64,000 bases of DNA, taken from contig CAWKHF010000001.1 of the NCBI GenBank assembly GCA_963849325.1, positions 160,001 through 224,000 of the forward strand, written 5' to 3'. Source of the stretch: an uncultured Planctomycetota bacterium (GTDB taxonomy: Bacteria > Planctomycetota > Planctomycetia > Gemmatales > Gemmataceae). The notes under the pieces are model-generated. The model did no database searches, was not told the DNA's origin, and saw nothing but the letters and a program-made list of their open reading frames with translations. Shown here piece after piece: positions 58,418-64,000 of this stretch. Each line of letters starts with the position of its first letter. Positions within the stretch are counted from its first letter, which is position 1. The translations under genes were made by a program, and so were the position numbers.

Positions 58418-59778
58418 TCAGCCGAGCTTCCAACCGTTGTGACATTCGCGGCCGAGGAACGGCTCGGCCTCGGGAGCATTACGGATGCGCATGGCCCGGG
58501 CGTCCCACTCGATGCGTTTGCCGGCGCGATAGGCGACGTTGCCGAGGTGGTTGGCCTCGGTGAGCCGGCCGCTGTAGTGGAAAGGACACGTTGTTGCCGC
58601 GCCGGTCTTGCAGGCGCAGCCACTCGGCATGATGGCCGATCGAGTCGGGGATGGTCTTCGCCGGCCGTTGGAAATCGGCGAACTCCTTCTCCGGCAGCAG
58701 GACGTGCTTGCCGTAGTTGGACAGGAGCATCCCCTTGGAGCCGATGAAGAGGACGCCATCGCCCCACGCCGGAATCTTGCCCTGCTGCCACAATTGGGGC
58801 TTCAACGTGCCCTGATACCAGGTCAGCTTGACCTCCGGCAGCTCGCCGCGCGGCCCATAGTGGAAGGTGGCGGACATGCTGGCCGGCGCGATCTCCGGGT
58901 GCGGCGGCGGGCCGCTCGCCTCGACGATCCTCGGCGCATCCAGGTTCAAGGCCCAGAAGGGCAGGTCGATCCAGTGGCTGCCGAGGTCGGACATGGTGCC
59001 GCCGCCAAAGTCCCACCAGCGATACCATTTCGGCCCCGGAACGTACACGCCGTGGAACGGACGGCGCGGCGCCGCCCCCAGCCACAAGTCCCAGTCCAGC
59101 CCGGCCGGGACCGGCACCTCCTCGCGGGGGCGTTCCGCGGTCCAAACGATGTCGCGGTGCTGCTTGGCCTCCTCCTCGCTCTGTCGTCCCCAGGCCCGCG
59201 ATACCCATACGTGGGCCTCGCGCACCGGGCCGATCGCGCCACCCTGGATCAGCTCGACCACCCGGCGGTAGTTCGAGCCGGCGTGGACCTGCGTCCCCAT
59301 CTGCGTGGCCACGTCCGCCTTCTTCGCCGCCTCGATGATGACGCGCGCCTCGCGCAGATTGTGCGTCAACGGCTTCTCGCAATAGACGTGCTTTTTGCGC
59401 CGCAGCGCCGGCAGCGTGGCGAAGGCGTGCGTGTGCTCGGTGCTGCTGACGACGACGGCGTCGAAGTCGCCGTCCTTCAGCTCGTCGTAGAGCTTACGGA
59501 AATCGCGGTACTTTTTCGCGCGCGGCGCCTTCTGGGCGGCTTGCAGCAAGTTCGGCTCGGAGACGTTGCACAGGGCGACGATGTTTTCGCCGAGCATCTC
59601 GCGCAGATTGGCCGCGCCGCGGCCGCCGCAGCCGATCACGACGATGTTCAATTTCGCGCTCGGCGAACGGGACGATACGAACGCCGGCGCCGCCAGGAGC
59701 GCCGCGCCGGCCAGGGACGTCGTTCTGGAGGAAACGACGGCGACTGAGGGCAGAAGGCTTGGTTTGTTTCCGCGTCAT
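58418..59778 (-). CDS. Tat-exported Gfo/Idh/MocA oxidoreductase; frameshifts near 59722 and 58615
   Basis: SRRRFL Tat motif, [29 protein letters not shown] and [14 protein letters not shown]. Confidence 0.9.
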
Positions 59779-59880
59779 GAACGCCTCCGAGGATGTTGGG
59801 TACATGGCAGGATTGGCGATGGCTGCCATCGTACCTTGCCGGCCGTCGTCGAACAACTGCCGGCGCCGAGGAGGGGACCA

Positions 59881-60646
59881 TTACGGATTGCGGTTGGGCG
59901 ACGGCGGTGGCGGCGTCACCGGCACGCCCTTGCTCGGCGGCCGGGCGGGGACGGCGCCCGGCGGGGCGGAGGGCGACGTCCCTTCGGCCTTCCGCAGATG
60001 CTCGGGGACGTGCGCCAGTGCCTCGGCGGCCATCACGAATTGCAGCGCCCGACGGTTGTTGCCGCCCTCGGCCGCCTTGCGGGCTTGCTCCAGAGCGCGG
60101 CGGGCGGCGTCGAAGAACGAACGGCCCGGTCCCCGAGGCGATACCAGCGCGGCGTCCTGCAGTTCGGCACCTACTTCGCGGATGGCGTCGCGGACCATCG
60201 TCGCCCCTTGGTTGCCCGTGCCGACGCGACCGGAAGGAGGCGGCGTCGCCGGCGCCGGTCCCATCGGCGGGGCTGGCAGACCTTCCACGACCGGCGTATT
60301 GGCCTGCAACAGGTGTACGACTCCGCGCGCGGCGACCTGGGCGGCCCAGGCGGCGGACTCCGCTCGCCGATGCTGCCCGGCCCGGTACGCCTGCAAGGCG
60401 CTGCGATACGTGTCCGTGGCCTGGGCGAGCAGTCCGGCGTCTTCCTTCGGCAGCTTGGCCTGGCGGGAGTTCATCCACACCGACGCGAACGTGATCTGAT
60501 CGTAAGCGTGGTTGAGGAGGGCGACCGCCCTCTCGCCGGGGCCGCGCCGAGTCGGCCGGCGCCGCCGGTTGCTGGGCGTACAGGCGTGCCGCCAGGGCGA
60601 GAACTGTCCAAACGCCCATGCCAAGGGTCAACCATCTGGTCTTCAT
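59881..60646 (-). CDS. Hypothetical secreted helical protein; frameshift near 60545
   Basis: Signal peptide MKTRWLTLGMGVWTVLALAARLYA with RBS GGGAGG; continues in the frame of ORF 59881-60624. Confidence 0.65.
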
Positions 60647-60824
60647 GTGTCCCTCCCGTGCGATCCGTGAAGTGGTTGGAAAGTGGGGGTTGGCAAAGAG
60701 TGACCTTGCTTCATCCTACCCACGAACTACCACTCTGCAATCGACATACCGGAGGAAGAAAGACGCCCTTGCGCCGGCGTCGCGGCTGGAGTGGTCCAGA
60801 GATGTCGTCGGCCGTCTTCGTCCG

Positions 60825-61232
60825 TCAGGCCGAGCTTTCGCCGAGGGAGTGCCGCTGCTCGTCGAGCAAGAACTGCCAGAGGACCCGCCGCTCGACCTCA
60901 TGCGAGGCCGTGTTCATGGCGAGGAATTGCAGACCGTGGAGGTGTCCCTGTTTGGTCGAAGTGTGGTGGACAATACGGCAAAGGAGCGCCAGACTGGTGT
61001 GGTTTTTCTTCTTGTCGGTGAGGGAGAAGCGGATAAACCAGTCCTGCTTCCACTGCGATTGGGGCACCTCTTGCGGTAACAGGATCCCCGCCCCACTAAT
61101 CGAGAGGTTGAGAAGAGCGCCGAGTTGAACGGTCGCACCGCCGGGGCCGCCGGCGTGGATGAGCTCTACCTTCGGTCGAGCCAGGTAGGCAAACCGAAAG
61201 CGATAGTCCTGTCTGCGATTGGGTGTCTCCAT
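60825..61232 (-). CDS. PilZ-domain (c-di-GMP binding) protein
   Basis: RRQDYR (RxxxR) and NLSISG (D/NxSxxG) motifs; C-terminal HGLQF. Confidence 0.8.
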   Translation of the reverse strand: METPNRRQDYRFRFAYLARPKVELIHAGGPGGATVQLGALLNLSISGAGILLPQEVPQSQWKQDWFIRFSLTDKKKNHTSLALLCRIVHHTSTKQGHLHGLQFLAMNTASHEVERRVLWQFLLDEQRHSLGESSA

Positions 61233-61401
61233 GCGCCGCCTGCGAGTGGCACTCGAATGAACGGTCCCTCTACTCAAAGCATCTACCTTGTCCCCGAGGG
61301 GATGTCAACCAATCGACGATCCCTCCGCCAGCGATCCGAGGAGGGAATTCCTGCGCCAACGGAAATGTACGATGCAACAGCGAGGAAACGCCGGTCCCGT
61401 T

Positions 61402-61461
61402 CCGAGCCCGCGGCGTCCGCGAGGGAAAGAACGTCAGCCCTCGCTGACGCCACGGGCTCGG
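61402..61461. repeat. REP-like palindrome
   Basis: CCGAGCCCGCGGCGTCCGCGAGGG ... CCCTCGCTGACGCCACGGGCTCGG. Confidence 0.65.
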
Positions 61462-61493
61462 ACCAGAACGTTTGCTCCGCTCGTTCTCACGCT

Positions 61494-61781
61494 TTACTTG
61501 CCGCGGGCCCCGCGTTTGGCGGTGGTCGCCTTCTTCGCGGTTGGGGCTTTCGCGGCCTTGCCGGCCGTCGTCTTCTTGGCGGCGGGACGCTTGGCGGCCT
61601 TCTTCTTGCCGGTCAGCCCGAGGGCCTTGCCGACCGGATCCACGACGTACTCGTCCGCCTTCTGGGCCACGGTCTGGGCCGCCTCCTTGACCGCCGTACC
61701 GACTTTCGACAGCGTTCCGCGCTTGCCTTTCGCCGTCCCGCTCTTCGATTTCGCCGTTCCACCCTTGCGTTTGGTGACCAT
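61494..61781 (-). CDS. Small Lys/Ala-rich histone-H1-like protein
   Basis: RBS GGAGG; 95 aa with KKAAKRPAAKKTT / AKKATTAK tails around a short central helix. Confidence 0.65.
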   Translation of the reverse strand: MVTKRKGGTAKSKSGTAKGKRGTLSKVGTAVKEAAQTVAQKADEYVVDPVGKALGLTGKKKAAKRPAAKKTTAGKAAKAPTAKKATTAKRGARGK

Positions 61782-61889
61782 GTTGGTCCTCCCTTGGGTT
61801 GTTCGCAACGCACATGCCACGGCTGAGCAATGGGATGCAAAGCCGATGCCGCGTCCCAGGCAGCCGCGCCTTGTCCGCTGGCGAGAGAT

Positions 61890-62192
61890 TCATGCCGGCT
61901 GGACTTCCTGGGATCGGGCCTGTTTGAGCGCCCGGAGGCCGGCGTTGGTGATCCGATAGCAACCGGCCGCCGCTCCCGGACGCAGTACGGGAGTCAGCCC
62001 AGTGTTCTGTTCGAGCCAGCCGTAGGCCAGTAGTTCGCCATGCAGCTTGACCAGCTGACGCGGCTCGACACCATTCATTTCGGCCAACCGATCCTGCCAC
62101 GCCTGCCGATCGGCTGCCCCTCGCTCGGCATAATGTCCCAGAAGGTCGGACAATTCCTTCACGTCGCGCAATCGTTCCAACTCGTCAAACAT
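61890..62192 (-). CDS. Hypothetical protein, possibly winged-helix
   Basis: RBS GGAGG; HGELLAYGWLEQ...YRITNAGLRAL resembles a winged-helix wing. Confidence 0.65.
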   Translation of the reverse strand: MFDELERLRDVKELSDLLGHYAERGAADRQAWQDRLAEMNGVEPRQLVKLHGELLAYGWLEQNTGLTPVLRPGAAAGCYRITNAGLRALKQARSQEVQPA

Positions 62193-62325
62193 GATCGCCC
62201 TCCGTGGTGTCAATCGAGGAGTGGGCCGGGAGGAGAGATCGGATGAGCCGTCTCCTCTCCTCCAGTCCGGCGCTCGACGGCCGGGAATGGCCGGAGCGAC
62301 GGTCTCATTTTATCACCTGTGCGAT

Positions 62326-64000
62326 TTATCGTCGGGAGGCGGCGCGTGCATCGTGGTCCTTCAGGCGGGCCAGGGCGGCCCGTGCGTCCTGAGTGAGCCA
62401 GGCGGTGCTTGCCCCCGCCGCGAGTTTTTCCAGCACGCGCCGGGCCTGGGACGTACCGATGTGTTCCAAGACCTCGACCGCCCGCAGGGACGCAACACCT
62501 CCCCAGAGGGAAGATCGGCCTGTCGCGCTGTCTCCAGGAGGTGTTTCAGACGACGCTTCGCCTCGGCCGACGGCGCCGCACGCAGGGAGGCACGCAGCGT
62601 CTCGCGGATCACGCCGGCGCACTTCTCCAGTTCGGCCGCGGCCCGCTCGCGGGTGGAGTAGTCGTCGCTGTCCAACTCGGCGATCCAGCGTGTTACCTTC
62701 TGACGGTCGGGCGCGATCGCGGGGCGCAGCCGCTCGGCCAGGAAGGGGACGCTCTGCTCGGGATCAGCCGTCATCTGCCAGACTGCGGTGTGGGCGACAT
62801 CGGCCTGGCCTCCCAGCCGGCCCCATGCGTCGGCCACGGAGGCACGCGGCAGCCGGGCCAAGTCGTTCCTGTGGGTGAGAGCGGCCACGTCCCAGACGAG
62901 GATGGTCGTATCGCGGCCCCAAGTGGCCAGCAGGCCACCGTCGGGGGAGAACGCCAGGTTTTCCGCATCCCGATCACCGAGATCACCGACCTCCTCGCCG
63001 GTCACGGTGCTCCACAACCGGACGCGGCCGTCACGGGTCGCCGTCGCCAGGGTCTTGCCGTCCGAGTTAAAGGCGGCTCCGAAACAGTGCTGCACCCTTG
63101 TCACCATCAGCCGATGAATTACGCCGGCGGACATCTCCCAGAGGAGAACGCTCTCCCGTTCGCCTTGCTCATCCTTTCGGGCAACGATCAGGTATCGGCC
63201 ATCGGGGGACAGGGCTAGCGCCCGGATACACGTTTCAAACCCGGCTGGCATCGGGCGCCACTCGCCCGTCTCGGCGTCGAAAACCTGCACACGCCGAGAA
63301 TTGATCTCCTGCGCCACCATCCAACGGCCACAGGAGGACAGCAGGAGGGTTGATGCGGGATCGATAGTACAGGGCATCGTGAATTCCCGAAGGACCGCAC
63401 CGCTTGCCGGGTGGAACCATTTAACGCGGAGACCGTCGGCGCACACCAGCGCTCGGCCGTCCGGGCGATACGCGAGGAGGGCCGAAAAAGTAGCAAGGTC
63501 GGAGGAGCGCCAGAACGGCCGGCCGGTGACGGAATCCCAGACACGGATTCGTCCATCGTGGCCGAAGGTGGCGAAATGCGTTCCGTCCGGAGAAACCGTC
63601 AGCTCCCAGCTTTCCTGTCCCTTCCGGCAGTGCAGCAGCCGCCCCGTCGCCGTCTCCCACAGCCGGAGCGTATCATCCTCGCCCACGGAGACCATCCGAT
63701 CGCCCGCGCCCAGGAAGGCCGCGCGGAGGACGCCATCCCTATGCCCCGGCGGCTGCGTTTTCTCCCGGCTACTCCGTAAGTCCCACAGGTGGACAGTCTG
63801 ATCGCGGCCCCACAGGGCGACGGTCTTGCCATCGGGCGAAACCGCCCCCGGAGAGGCGTCCGCATTTTTCAGCACGTCCACGCGCTGCCCCGTCGCCGTG
63901 TCCCAGAAGCACAGCGTCTCGACGTGCGTAGCGAGCAGGCCGCCGTCAGAGGAGAAGTAGACGTGTTGGACCGCGTGTTCGTCGCCGGTGGCGATGTGCC
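62326..64000 (-). CDS. WD40-repeat protein with a helical C-terminus (5' end outside the window; frameshift near 62488)
   Basis: [24 protein letters not shown] and TILVWD repeats; C-terminal [12 protein letters not shown]. Confidence 0.85.

Overview
GC-rich bacterial DNA whose gene content (Ser/Thr kinases fused to WD40 or TPR arrays, a MoxR/DUF58/BatA/vWA cluster, a CsrA-receiver fusion, dense intergenic palindromes) points to a Planctomycete, probably Gemmataceae-like; this assignment is inference. Several dozen single-base frameshifts split otherwise intact genes and are most simply read as uncorrected long-read indels, so I joined the fragments. Left to right: an ABC exporter; an ATP-cone protein resembling a degenerate class III RNR (NrdD); three Ser/Thr kinases and an HNH nuclease; a ~29 kb minus-strand operon (PQQ-like beta-propeller, prenyltransferase-repeat protein, MoxR, DUF58, BatA, vWA, three hypothetical envelope proteins, NPCBM protein, three HtrA-like proteases of which two look catalytically dead); a radical SAM/SPASM enzyme; a BamHI-like type II R-M system with a controller (C) gene and twin palindromic operators; tdh, proB and an S41 protease. 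The strongest candidate for a novel system follows: CsrA-REC, a stand-alone KaiA-C-terminal-like protein, KaiB, a full double-domain KaiC and a PAS hybrid histidine kinase, i.e. a putative three-component Kai oscillator outside cyanobacteria. The window ends with HEAT, Gfo/Idh/MocA, PilZ, histone-H1-like and WD40 genes. No rRNA, tRNA, CRISPR array or transposase was recognised.
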